DNA of 64,000 nucleotides from a virus (Duplodnaviria; Caudoviricetes): IMG/VR virus record IMGVR_UViG_3300043177_000122, positions 1 to 64,000 of that record; one strand, 5' to 3'. Shown piece by piece: positions 55,731 to 64,000 of this stretch (position 1 is its first letter; each line of letters starts with the position of its first letter). The notes under the pieces were generated by a model. It saw only the letters and a program-made list of their open reading frames with translations, ran no database searches and was not told where the DNA came from. The position numbers and the translations under genes were made by a program.

Positions 55731-55780
55731 AAAGATTTGCCCCTGTTAATTCTTGAAAGATTTGCCCCTGTTAATTCTTG
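55731..55780 (+). repeat. exact 25-nt tandem duplication disrupting a small ORF
   Basis: AAAGATTTGCCCCTGTTAATTCTTG x2. Confidence 0.9.
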
Positions 55781-55843
55781 AGGGTCTTGCTTTAGAAACG
55801 GTTGCTCATTGGCACAAGATATATAAACGGAAGGAAAAATAAG

Positions 55844-56134
55844 ATGACTAGTGATGTAACTCAATTAATTGACAAGCTAACTAATGCTGTGTCTTTCAAA
55901 TATGCTGAGGATGCTACTTCTCCAAATGTTACCATCTCTAAGTTGCGTAAAGGATACTACTGTTCAGTAGTTCGTTATGCTAAGAGTGGTGCAACGCAGA
56001 AGAAGGTTGTTGTTTGTAATTCTAAAGCAGACAACTTGGAAGATGCAGTAAAGGGCGTAGTTACTGCTTTCTTGAAAGTAGCTCAGCCACAACTAGATCC
56101 TCTCCATGAATTGGATAAGTTAGCTAATGGATAA
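55844..56134 (+). CDS. hypothetical protein
   Basis: AAGGA RBS before ATG 55844. Confidence 0.6.
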   Translation: MTSDVTQLIDKLTNAVSFKYAEDATSPNVTISKLRKGYYCSVVRYAKSGATQKKVVVCNSKADNLEDAVKGVVTAFLKVAQPQLDPLHELDKLANG

Positions 56135-56462
56135 ATCAAGCACTTTAGAAGAGTGCATGATAGCGCTCAATAAACTTCTTCACCCAGAGGACCAGGTGGA
56201 GCTTTTGAAGATGTCGAAAGATGATCTTATATCGCTTCATCATGGCCTTGGTCAGTGGATTAGAAATAATTGTGGCCTTTGGGAAGAATTGGATTTATTC
56301 CATCACATGAAATCTCTGGGATTCGTTCATCAAGACGATATGTCTCAAGCCATCATTGTTGAGTATTGGAATAGATTACATAACCAACCTTCTCAGTTAG
56401 AAGAAGATATTACTCATAGTAAAGCGTACTGGGAGGAACATGGATCGAAAGACTCTGCTTAA
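56127..56462 (+). CDS. hypothetical protein
   Basis: HHGLGQWIRNNCGLW…DDMSQAII motif. Confidence 0.6.
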   Translation: MDKSSTLEECMIALNKLLHPEDQVELLKMSKDDLISLHHGLGQWIRNNCGLWEELDLFHHMKSLGFVHQDDMSQAIIVEYWNRLHNQPSQLEEDITHSKAYWEEHGSKDSA

Positions 56463-56802
56463 GGAAATGAAAGAATCGGTTGGAACACAAGAGCCAGTTG
56501 TTTTCTTTGCAAAAATGGTTGATGTATTAAATCTTTTGTTTGACCGCATCGACTCTTTAGAACAAGATGTCGCTGAAACCAAAATGAATGCCGCTCTTGC
56601 TATTCATTGGGAACCGAAAGTTGCTCGATCAATGATTACAGAACAAATTGATATACTTCGAGCTGATAAAGAGTCTTATGTAGAAGAGATCTCTGCTTTG
56701 AAAAAAGCTTTTATTGAAGATAAGGTCACACAAAACTACAGTGAATTCTGTTCCTTCTGGGAGGGAACTCTAGGCTTCCATCCATTTTTGGATTACAGAT
56801 GA
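56440..56802 (+). CDS. hypothetical protein
   Basis: ORF track. Confidence 0.6.
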   Translation: MDRKTLLKEMKESVGTQEPVVFFAKMVDVLNLLFDRIDSLEQDVAETKMNAALAIHWEPKVARSMITEQIDILRADKESYVEEISALKKAFIEDKVTQNYSEFCSFWEGTLGFHPFLDYR

Positions 56803-57002
56803 AAAATACTATTGATGCATTTCACGATCTTATTGTTCATCTTCTCTTCTCTGACCGATGGAGAAATAAAGGACCAGGTAAGGTTGTAGAAAGTATGCCA
56901 GCGGAAGATCGTGAGGCCCTTTCTCAACTCAAATCTGATGATATTTCTCCTGAAAAAGCAAGAGTCGAAGACTATTGGATGATATTGCAAACGATTTTGT
57001 AG
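56799..57002 (+). CDS. hypothetical protein
   Basis: ATGA coupling. Confidence 0.45.
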   Translation: MKNTIDAFHDLIVHLLFSDRWRNKGPGKVVESMPAEDREALSQLKSDDISPEKARVEDYWMILQTIL

Positions 57003-57093
57003 AAGTAGACAAACGCCAGTGGGCCAGCCCTTCAAAAAAAAAGATTGGTAAAAGAAAACTAGCGTTAGCAGGGTATATGTTAGACGAAACCAT

Positions 57094-57167
57094 TCAGGGC
57101 TCGTCTAACGGCAGGATAGAGGACTCCGACTCTTCAGATATTGGTTCGAATCCAATGCCCTGAACCA
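57094..57167 (+). tRNA. tRNA-Arg(CCG)
   Basis: TCAGGGC/GCCCTGA-A-CCA; loop CTCCGAC. Confidence 0.85.
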
Positions 57168-57572
57168 ATGCTATCAAGTATTAAGTTTGATTTTCAGGCT
57201 GATAGTGCTGAAGACTTTGAAATATTCAAAGTTTTATTCATAAGAAATGCCGGCATTGCTCAGATGATATACGATTTTTATCTGGGTGACGTGTTAATAC
57301 GTTTGCAGTGCTCATCGATTAACGATTATCAGTTAGTTGGTATTGGATTTTTTCATTACTCCAAACAGGGAAACAGCGTTTCATTAGAACAATTTAATCC
57401 TCTTCAAGATATCAGGTTTACTAATTTTAATGAAATCAAACGCTTATGGTATATTACCGAAGCGTGGGCTTTCTTAAGTTACAGTCCTGAAAATGCCGAA
57501 TCATCATTTAGTATGATTCATGACGTACTAAAAATAGTCGCTAGAATCAATAATTTGAAAGCTTTTTTGTAA
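57168..57572 (+). CDS. hypothetical protein
   Basis: ATG directly after the tRNA CCA. Confidence 0.5.
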   Translation: MLSSIKFDFQADSAEDFEIFKVLFIRNAGIAQMIYDFYLGDVLIRLQCSSINDYQLVGIGFFHYSKQGNSVSLEQFNPLQDIRFTNFNEIKRLWYITEAWAFLSYSPENAESSFSMIHDVLKIVARINNLKAFL

Positions 57573-57573
57573 T

Positions 57574-57975
57574 ATGAAGTCAATTGGTAAACTGGTATAC
57601 GATCCAAGAACGCATTTAGCCTCTTCGGATCGCTGGCTAGTATTGATGTGTGATGACGAGATTTCACACTATTATCGTCATCTGTATACCAAGGAATATC
57701 CATATCTGAATGGTGAGAAAACTGGCAAGTTAACTCGTCCAGTGTGGGGTACACATATTTCAATCATTCGTGGAGAATATATTCCAAAATACAAATTGTG
57801 GGGTCTTAATGCTAACAAATTAGTTGAATTCACTTATGAACCAGGTGTCATAGATAATGGTGAGTATTACTGGCTAAAAGTTGTTTGTCCAGAACTTCAA
57901 GACTTGCGGGAGAAATATGGACTGCCTCGCGAACCTCGATTCGGCCTGCACTTAACTATTGGAAGAACTACATAA
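57574..57975 (+). CDS. 2H phosphoesterase-like protein
   Basis: two HxS/T motifs: THISI and LHLTIG. Confidence 0.7.
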   Translation: MKSIGKLVYDPRTHLASSDRWLVLMCDDEISHYYRHLYTKEYPYLNGEKTGKLTRPVWGTHISIIRGEYIPKYKLWGLNANKLVEFTYEPGVIDNGEYYWLKVVCPELQDLREKYGLPREPRFGLHLTIGRTT

Positions 57976-58045
57976 TGACCAAGAAAGAAATTATTGCTGT
58001 CATTATATTAGTTTCAGCCATCATATATCTTATATTGGAGAACTA

Positions 58046-58393
58046 ATGGGGACATTTACCGTTCAATGTTGGGGGTGTGATTTATCAGAAACACACCCCT
58101 GGAATGGACCAGGACCAGAGCACGATGCTATGGTTGAAGAGATGAAGTCGAGAGGCTGGAAGCGTAGATCATTCTATGAATCAAGTTGGGATGAAGGCCC
58201 CTGGTTTTGTAGTGATGATTGCGCATACAGTTCGTACAATGCAGTTCAAGCAGAACAATACTGGAGAGATGAAGAATTTAGGGATTTTTGTCAGAAAACA
58301 AAGATTCCATTCTATATGTGGGTGCCTCTACTACTTGCTAGCATTCTTGCTTTCGGCGCAATATTAGGAGAGTGCTTCCATGCAGGATTATAA
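58046..58393 (+). CDS. hypothetical protein with Cys motifs and C-terminal TM helix
   Basis: CWGC, FCSDDC; GGAG RBS. Confidence 0.55.
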   Translation: MGTFTVQCWGCDLSETHPWNGPGPEHDAMVEEMKSRGWKRRSFYESSWDEGPWFCSDDCAYSSYNAVQAEQYWRDEEFRDFCQKTKIPFYMWVPLLLASILAFGAILGECFHAGL

Positions 58394-59048
58394 TGAATTT
58401 TACCTATACCTTATCCGTCACGGTCAAACAGCAGTAAATGCAAAAGGTGATACTGTTGGGCAAACTGCCGAGTCACCTTTAACAGAGAGGGGACAACTTC
58501 AGGCCCGCCTGCTAGGAGAGAGGTTAGCATATCAAGAGAAAGTTACTTTTGATAAAGTATTTGCTTCAAACTACGTTAGAGCACACGACACAGCCAGAAT
58601 TGTTATTGGAGATAATCAACCGATTATTGTTGCCCCTGAACTTAGAGAGTATAGCGCGGGTGACTGGACCGGTGGCACCAGAGATCAAATCTATAATGTC
58701 CCCACATTGTTACGCATGGCTGCAATGACAAACGCCTTTTTACCGCCTAATGGAGAATCGTTGCATATGGTTGAACGCCGAGCTTCAGTATGGCTCGAAG
58801 AAAACGTACTGTATAATAACTTAGTGAAAGAAGAAGCTAGTAGACGCCATGTAAAGAAGTTACCATCTCAGAATATTTTTGTTTTCTCTCATGGGATGAC
58901 AATTAAATGTTTACTTCATTATATTATGGGGTTTGATCAGAGTTTTACTTGGAAGATTACATTAGAGAATACTTCGATATCTAAGCTTTATTTTGATAAT
59001 AAAGGATGGCGCTTACTCACCATTAACGACCACGCACATTTATTATGA
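58380..59048 (+). CDS. histidine phosphatase (phosphoglycerate mutase family)
   Basis: LIRHGQT, RAHDTA, LREY..G.W.G, VFSHG. Confidence 0.92.
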   Translation: MQDYNEFYLYLIRHGQTAVNAKGDTVGQTAESPLTERGQLQARLLGERLAYQEKVTFDKVFASNYVRAHDTARIVIGDNQPIIVAPELREYSAGDWTGGTRDQIYNVPTLLRMAAMTNAFLPPNGESLHMVERRASVWLEENVLYNNLVKEEASRRHVKKLPSQNIFVFSHGMTIKCLLHYIMGFDQSFTWKITLENTSISKLYFDNKGWRLLTINDHAHLL

Positions 59049-59055
59049 GGTCACC

Positions 59056-59574
59056 ATGGGAGCCCAAGAACGAAAAAGACAGAAACGTATCAAAGAATAC
59101 GTTATTAATCGTGATGGTATGCTCTGCTGCTATTGCGATAAAGTGTTGACACCTGAAACTATCACTATGGAACATATTGTTCCAGATAGTAAACGCGGCA
59201 CTTTCAATACTACCAATCTTACCGTCTCTTGCTCAGATTGCAATAATAGACGAGGTAATAAGCCATTTTTTGATTATTGTAAGCAGTTCAATTGGCCAGA
59301 TGATAAGTTGACCAAATATAAAAAGTTATATTTCAATAATCTAAGAATCAAAGTTCTTAATATTGCAAAAGAAGAGTGTATGCAAGAAGATCAAGTAGTA
59401 CCAATCGCCATCATCAAGCATGCCTGTCAGATTCTAAAAATCAAGGGCATGGACTTCTCTGATTATGAGAAGATGTATCAGTTTGAAATTCGTTTCGATG
59501 AGAGTTGCGATAGAAAAAAAATCAAATATTGTTTTGAGCAATTGATTAGAATTATCGAATCTGATAGTGTCTGA
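59056..59574 (+). CDS. HNH endonuclease
   Basis: CCYC, TMEHIVP, NLTVSCSDCNNRRG. Confidence 0.88.
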   Translation: MGAQERKRQKRIKEYVINRDGMLCCYCDKVLTPETITMEHIVPDSKRGTFNTTNLTVSCSDCNNRRGNKPFFDYCKQFNWPDDKLTKYKKLYFNNLRIKVLNIAKEECMQEDQVVPIAIIKHACQILKIKGMDFSDYEKMYQFEIRFDESCDRKKIKYCFEQLIRIIESDSV

Positions 59575-59600
59575 TATATTTGCTTTATAAGGAGTTTAGT

Positions 59601-59888
59601 ATGTTGCAACCATTAAGAGATTTCATTGTCGTGACTGTAGAAAAAGTGAACGAAGAGAAGAAAGTTGGCTCGCTATACATGCCACAAACTATTGAAGAGA
59701 AGGTTACCACTGGCACAATTGTTGCTGCTGGTTCAGGTTATTTAACAGATAGCGGGACAGTAGTTCCCTTAGAAGTCAAGGCTGGTGACAAGATTCTCTT
59801 CAACAAGCAGATGTCAGTTGAAGTAAAGCATAATGGTGAGACTATGTACCTTATGCGTGAAGAGCATGTACTTAGTGTAGTGAGATAA
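59601..59888 (+). CDS. groES: co-chaperonin GroES
   Basis: LQPLRDFIVV, GTIVAAGSG, EVKAGDKILF, LMREEHVLSVV. Confidence 0.93.
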   Translation: MLQPLRDFIVVTVEKVNEEKKVGSLYMPQTIEEKVTTGTIVAAGSGYLTDSGTVVPLEVKAGDKILFNKQMSVEVKHNGETMYLMREEHVLSVVR

Positions 59889-59948
59889 TTATGACCGATG
59901 AAGAGAAGAAACAAATAAGGGATGAGGTAATGGCGAAGGCTAGGGACT

Positions 59949-60278
59949 TTGGCTGAAAAAGCGGACAAAGGTCATGACGATCTAGCGGCTAAATACCCAA
60001 TTGTTACTGATAGATTAGGGGGTCGTAACATGACTTATGCTAAAGATTTAGAGATGTATGAGTATCGTATCTGGAAAGATACCGGTGGTCATCATCAGGC
60101 TTATCTAAATCGTAAATGTAATTTTGTCAAAGACTGTCCTAATCGCGCTGAATATACTCAACTTATTAGTGGGGATTTCACTGAAGGTTGTGCTTGTGAA
60201 GAACATAAAACTCTTTGGGATTATGCTAACAGTAAACTAGTCAAATTTATTTCCAATGTATTGAAACCATTCCTATGA
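59949..60278 (+). CDS. hypothetical protein
   Basis: ORF track. Confidence 0.45.
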   Translation: MAEKADKGHDDLAAKYPIVTDRLGGRNMTYAKDLEMYEYRIWKDTGGHHQAYLNRKCNFVKDCPNRAEYTQLISGDFTEGCACEEHKTLWDYANSKLVKFISNVLKPFL

Positions 60279-62080
60279 AATCTTATCCATCAATTACTGA
60301 AGAAGTTAGGCAAGATATTTATATTTATGCTTTTGATAAATTAGACGGATCTAATATACGAGCTGAATGGAATTCCAAAAAGGGTTTCTATAAATTTGGT
60401 ACCAGAACTCAACTAATGGATGAGAAGACTATGCCATTTGGACGGGCTATCCCTTTGATTCGTGAAAAATACGAAGAAGACTTGACAGCAGTTTTTAAAG
60501 AACAAGGTTGGAAAGATGCGTTGTGCTTCTTCGAATTTTGGGGTCCAAGTTCTTTTGCTGGCAACCATAATTTCGAAGAAAAAATGGACGTGACATTACT
60601 TGACGTCAATCCATATAAAGAAGGTATTTTGATGCCAACTCAGTTTATAAAACTTTTTGGCCATTTAGACATACCTAAGATTTGTTATGAAGGTTATGTT
60701 ACAACTGAGCTATTCGATAAGGTAAAGCAGTCTACTTTAGAAGGTATGACGTTTGAAGGTGTGGTTTGTAAAAGCGTAAACGATAAAGCGACCAGGATGC
60801 CTATTATGTTTAAGATTAAATCAAAAGCATGGTTAGAAAAATTGCGCGAATATTGCAAAGGTGATGAAAGATTATTTGAAAAGGTTATCATGAAAAAGAA
60901 CGATATGGACATGTGGAAAAATTCTCAATTCATTAATGTACTTGGTCGTCCTGAAATTTCTGCAATGAATCTTGGAGCCCCCTCCTTATTCAAGGCGTTA
61001 TTTGATAAAACTTCTGGCCATGTTACCGAGTTTTATCGTAAAGGGCGTGTTAAAGGAGTAGATGATAATGAAGACCTTGCTAATGTTGAGCCTTTAAAAG
61101 TAAAATATCAAAAGTTTTTTGATAGCAAAGCGGGTCGTCTTATTTATAATTATTTAGATAATAAATCCATTTATCTATGGAAGGACGGTATTGTAGAGTT
61201 TACTGTTAGTGGAAATTATGTTTCCGTGCATGTATTATCTCACAATCAAAAGTTTGCGGAAGAAGTACGCGATTACTTCAAATCACAATGGGCATTGCCT
61301 GATAAGAAGGGGCACATCTATGCCATTGTTCGTAATGGCATGCATCTTGGGTTGAATAGTATTGGTGATGCAGGTATTCCTTTGGTAGAGGATAACTACA
61401 CTCCAACGGTACAAGAAGATTATAAATATGCTATCAATGATTTGAATTCTGATAGTCCATCTGGTCGTATTGTTATCATGCGCGGTCCTGCTGGAACTGG
61501 CAAAACTCACTTGATTCGTGCTATGTTGCTTCAGGTGCCAGATGCAATGTTCGTTTTAATTTCTCCTGAAGTAGTCACTAACCTTGCTGGTCCAGAGCTA
61601 TTGCCTTTGTTAATGAACTATCGTGGAGGTTCAACTGGCCCTATTGTTTTAGTCCTTGAAGACGCAGATCGTTGCCTAGTTACTCGTGGTGATGAAAACA
61701 TGAGCCTTATTCAATCGTTATTGAATTTGGGCGATGGTATTCTTGGTTCTATGTTGGATATTCGTATTGTGGCGACCACAAATGCTGAAGAATTGAAACT
61801 AGATAAAGCCGTCACTCGTCCTGGTCGTTTAAGCAAAATGCTCAATGTAAATACATTAGATCCTCTTACGGCACAACGTATTTTCCGTCGTTTATTGCCG
61901 GACACAGCATTTCCTGTTGAAATTAATGGATCGACAAATCCAAAGGATTTCAATGTCACTCTAGCTGAAGTATATGCTTTAGCTCGTAAAAATGGATGGA
62001 AAGCAGCGCCACGCAAAGTGGTAGACGATATCGATGACAATGATATCGATGACAATGATATGGATGATTGGGACGAATAA
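60275..62080 (+). CDS. Rnl2-like ligase domain fused to an AAA+ ATPase
   Basis: DKLDGSN, FEFWG, LLDV, EGVVCK, MFKIK; then GPAGTGKT, LEDAD, TTN, RPGR. Confidence 0.8.
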   Translation: MKSYPSITEEVRQDIYIYAFDKLDGSNIRAEWNSKKGFYKFGTRTQLMDEKTMPFGRAIPLIREKYEEDLTAVFKEQGWKDALCFFEFWGPSSFAGNHNFEEKMDVTLLDVNPYKEGILMPTQFIKLFGHLDIPKICYEGYVTTELFDKVKQSTLEGMTFEGVVCKSVNDKATRMPIMFKIKSKAWLEKLREYCKGDERLFEKVIMKKNDMDMWKNSQFINVLGRPEISAMNLGAPSLFKALFDKTSGHVTEFYRKGRVKGVDDNEDLANVEPLKVKYQKFFDSKAGRLIYNYLDNKSIYLWKDGIVEFTVSGNYVSVHVLSHNQKFAEEVRDYFKSQWALPDKKGHIYAIVRNGMHLGLNSIGDAGIPLVEDNYTPTVQEDYKYAINDLNSDSPSGRIVIMRGPAGTGKTHLIRAMLLQVPDAMFVLISPEVVTNLAGPELLPLLMNYRGGSTGPIVLVLEDADRCLVTRGDENMSLIQSLLNLGDGILGSMLDIRIVATTNAEELKLDKAVTRPGRLSKMLNVNTLDPLTAQRIFRRLLPDTAFPVEINGSTNPKDFNVTLAEVYALARKNGWKAAPRKVVDDIDDNDIDDNDMDDWDE

Positions 62081-62126
62081 TTATGCATAAATAGACAATC
62101 TTATAGGCAGATTGTCCGGAGTATTT

Positions 62127-62366
62127 ATGCAATCAGGCGAACTAATCGTAATAGGAAATGGTGAAGTAACAATTACCTTGCGTGAATGTCCTAGTGGTAT
62201 AAAGTGCCGCTTTAGGCACGAGCATCATATTATTCCGTGCAATCCTCAGCATAGCGACTCTTTAGAATACGAAATACGTCTAAGCCGTAAACACAAAGGC
62301 TACGTACTAGTTATTAAGTGGCAAGTATCAGGAGTTCGTGAGATTATTTGGCACGCTCACTACTAA
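62127..62366 (+). CDS. small protein, paralog of 62376..62669
   Basis: MQSGELIVIG…LVIKWQVSGVREIIW. Confidence 0.65.
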   Translation: MQSGELIVIGNGEVTITLRECPSGIKCRFRHEHHIIPCNPQHSDSLEYEIRLSRKHKGYVLVIKWQVSGVREIIWHAHY

Positions 62367-62375
62367 GGATATTAG

Positions 62376-62669
62376 ATGCAAAATGGCACATTAACTGTAA
62401 CTGGACATGGTGAAACCGAATTACCATTGCGTAGTTGGCCGCGTGAGGTAATTGTTTATTTCAAGCCGGTCTCAGACCCAAACCCTTGCGATCATCACCA
62501 TCCTCACCACGACCATCGTGATCACGTGTCACATCACATTAGACATGAAGATGAAGATCGTAAGAAACATCCGAAACCAGGCCATCATCATCATGATCGT
62601 AAATATCTCTTAGAGATTAAGTGGAAGGTTGTTGGAGTAAGAGAGATTCTTTGGTTTGTAATCTACTAA
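62376..62669 (+). CDS. small His-rich protein
   Basis: MQNGTLTVTG…DHHHPHHDHRDH…IKWKVVGVREILW. Confidence 0.65.
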   Translation: MQNGTLTVTGHGETELPLRSWPREVIVYFKPVSDPNPCDHHHPHHDHRDHVSHHIRHEDEDRKKHPKPGHHHHDRKYLLEIKWKVVGVREILWFVIY

Positions 62670-62678
62670 GGTGATTGA

Positions 62679-63641
62679 ATGAAGGTTCTTGTATATGGAT
62701 GGTATCACCAATTAAATATTGGTGATGAGCTATTCGTAGACGCATTTCGGAAACTATTTCCGGACTTTCAGTTTACCTTTCATGAAAAAGTAAGTGTCAA
62801 AAATTTAGAAGGGGTAGATGCTGTCTTTTTTGGAGGCGGCTCTTTTCTTTTAGGCAAACCAGAAATTACTGAAGACGCCCTTAAGATAATCAAAACCAAA
62901 CCAATTTTTTATATTGGTGTAGGTGTTGAATCAGATATCCACCCATTACATATGGAGCTAATTGCTTTGGCAAAGCTTATTGCAACGCGCTCCCCCGATC
63001 AAGTAGATAGGCTTAAGTCTATTAATACTAATGTGATGTGGATCCCTGATTTAGTATATTCTTTACAGAATGATGTTCAACTTAGCAATAAGTTGAATCG
63101 TTCTGTTTTGGTTTTACCTAATATCTCTGTTGTTCCTAATCATTTGCATCCATATTGGATGCATGCATCTTGGAACCATTTCAAATCAGAATTTTCTCAG
63201 TTTTTAGATGTTTTAGTTCAAGAAGGATATAAGTTAGACTTTTTATCTATGTGTCGAGGTCATCAGGTTAATGATGATTGGGCCGGGGGCGAAATTATTA
63301 GTCATATGACTCGCCGAGGTAAGTATTTGCTTAAAGATCAGTCAATGGGTATTGGGCATGTAACTAGCGTTATTTCCCAATATAGCCTGGTGATTACCCA
63401 AAGATTCCATGGAATAGTTTTAGCCGAAATGACTAGGACACCATATATTGCACTTCATCATCATGATAAATTAAAGTTTACTCAGCCGCGTAATGGTTAT
63501 TTTTTATCATACTATAGTTGCTCAAAACAATTACTCATTGATTCATTTGATCAAACGATTAAAATGAAATTTACTAATGCCCTACCAATAGAATCAGATA
63601 TCTACAAGACTCTTGTGGAAAGAGTGAGGAGTCTATTATAA
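62679..63641 (+). CDS. polysaccharide pyruvyl transferase family protein
   Basis: GWYHQLNIGDEL, FFGGGS, IATRS, PDLVY, TQRFHG. Confidence 0.85.
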   Translation: MKVLVYGWYHQLNIGDELFVDAFRKLFPDFQFTFHEKVSVKNLEGVDAVFFGGGSFLLGKPEITEDALKIIKTKPIFYIGVGVESDIHPLHMELIALAKLIATRSPDQVDRLKSINTNVMWIPDLVYSLQNDVQLSNKLNRSVLVLPNISVVPNHLHPYWMHASWNHFKSEFSQFLDVLVQEGYKLDFLSMCRGHQVNDDWAGGEIISHMTRRGKYLLKDQSMGIGHVTSVISQYSLVITQRFHGIVLAEMTRTPYIALHHHDKLKFTQPRNGYFLSYYSCSKQLLIDSFDQTIKMKFTNALPIESDIYKTLVERVRSLL

Positions 63642-63653
63642 TGGTTGGTGCAA

Positions 63654-64000
63654 ATGGCGCGTTTTATTGGGGTGAAACATAATCGCATTTGTGTGGTATC
63701 GGATAATATATTCAATAATTCTGGGTTGGAAATTATTGAAGTTCCATCGGAATTGCTCCATTTATCAGCGGCTGACTTAATGATTAATTGTGTTGTCAGA
63801 AATGGTCAGATTGTATGTAAGTGTTCTAAAAAGCCAGTTAGCCAAATTAAATTAGCTTTAGTTGGTAATTGGAAAATGAGATGTGGGATAGCTACGTATT
63901 CAGAAAATCTTTGGCCGGAAGTCGCTAAACATGTTGGCGACTTTAAGCTTTTTATAGAAAAGAATGATATTACTACCGGTGATGTACATCAGTTTGGTGA
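63654..64000 (+). CDS. 5' part of a probable glycosyltransferase, truncated by the window edge
   Basis: open frame MARFIGVKHN…LVGNWKMRCGIATYSENL running to the end. Confidence 0.5.
   Translation, partial: MARFIGVKHNRICVVSDNIFNNSGLEIIEVPSELLHLSAADLMINCVVRNGQIVCKCSKKPVSQIKLALVGNWKMRCGIATYSENLWPEVAKHVGDFKLFIEKNDITTGDVHQFG

Noticed and set aside
1-64000. Cellular chromosome or eukaryotic giant virus origin
   Set aside because: Housekeeping genes lack their operon neighbours and short hypothetical ORFs and homing endonucleases dominate; Shine-Dalgarno sites, sigma70 promoters, CCA-encoding tRNAs and bacterial RNase P argue against a eukaryotic virus. Hallmark phage genes are not in the window, so phage origin remains an inference

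Overview
This is a gene-dense, AT-rich segment with almost all genes on the + strand, best read as the accessory and tRNA region of a very large (jumbo-type) dsDNA bacteriophage. No capsid, terminase or polymerase gene is visible in the window. It holds about 45 tRNA or tRNA-like genes grouped by amino acid, a bacterial type-A RNase P RNA and a Ro60/Rsr (TROVE-vWA) gene. It also holds about ten Y-RNA-like elements that share one covarying terminal helix but enclose very different cargo: nothing, T-arms, circularly permuted tRNAs with an internal CCA, a ~170-nt multi-hairpin domain, and in one case a whole GIY-YIG endonuclease ORF. The tRNA set includes several non-canonical genes: a Sec-like 8/4 or 9/3 body with a GUA anticodon, long-variable-arm Asn and Ile(UAU) tRNAs, and five tRNA bodies whose anticodon loop is replaced by an insert. 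Protein genes include two Rnl2-like ligases, a 2H phosphoesterase, a CYTH protein, an ADP-ribosylglycohydrolase, a NUDIX hydrolase, CoaD, EF-Ts, GroES, RNase HII, a 5'-3' exonuclease, a C5 methyltransferase, AlkB, OmpA, a Cys-rich lipoprotein and many free-standing homing endonucleases. Many genes carry frameshifts, nonsense codons, deletions or short duplications, so single-base details need read-level confirmation. All calls were made by eye from motifs and base pairing; no database searches or folding programs were run.
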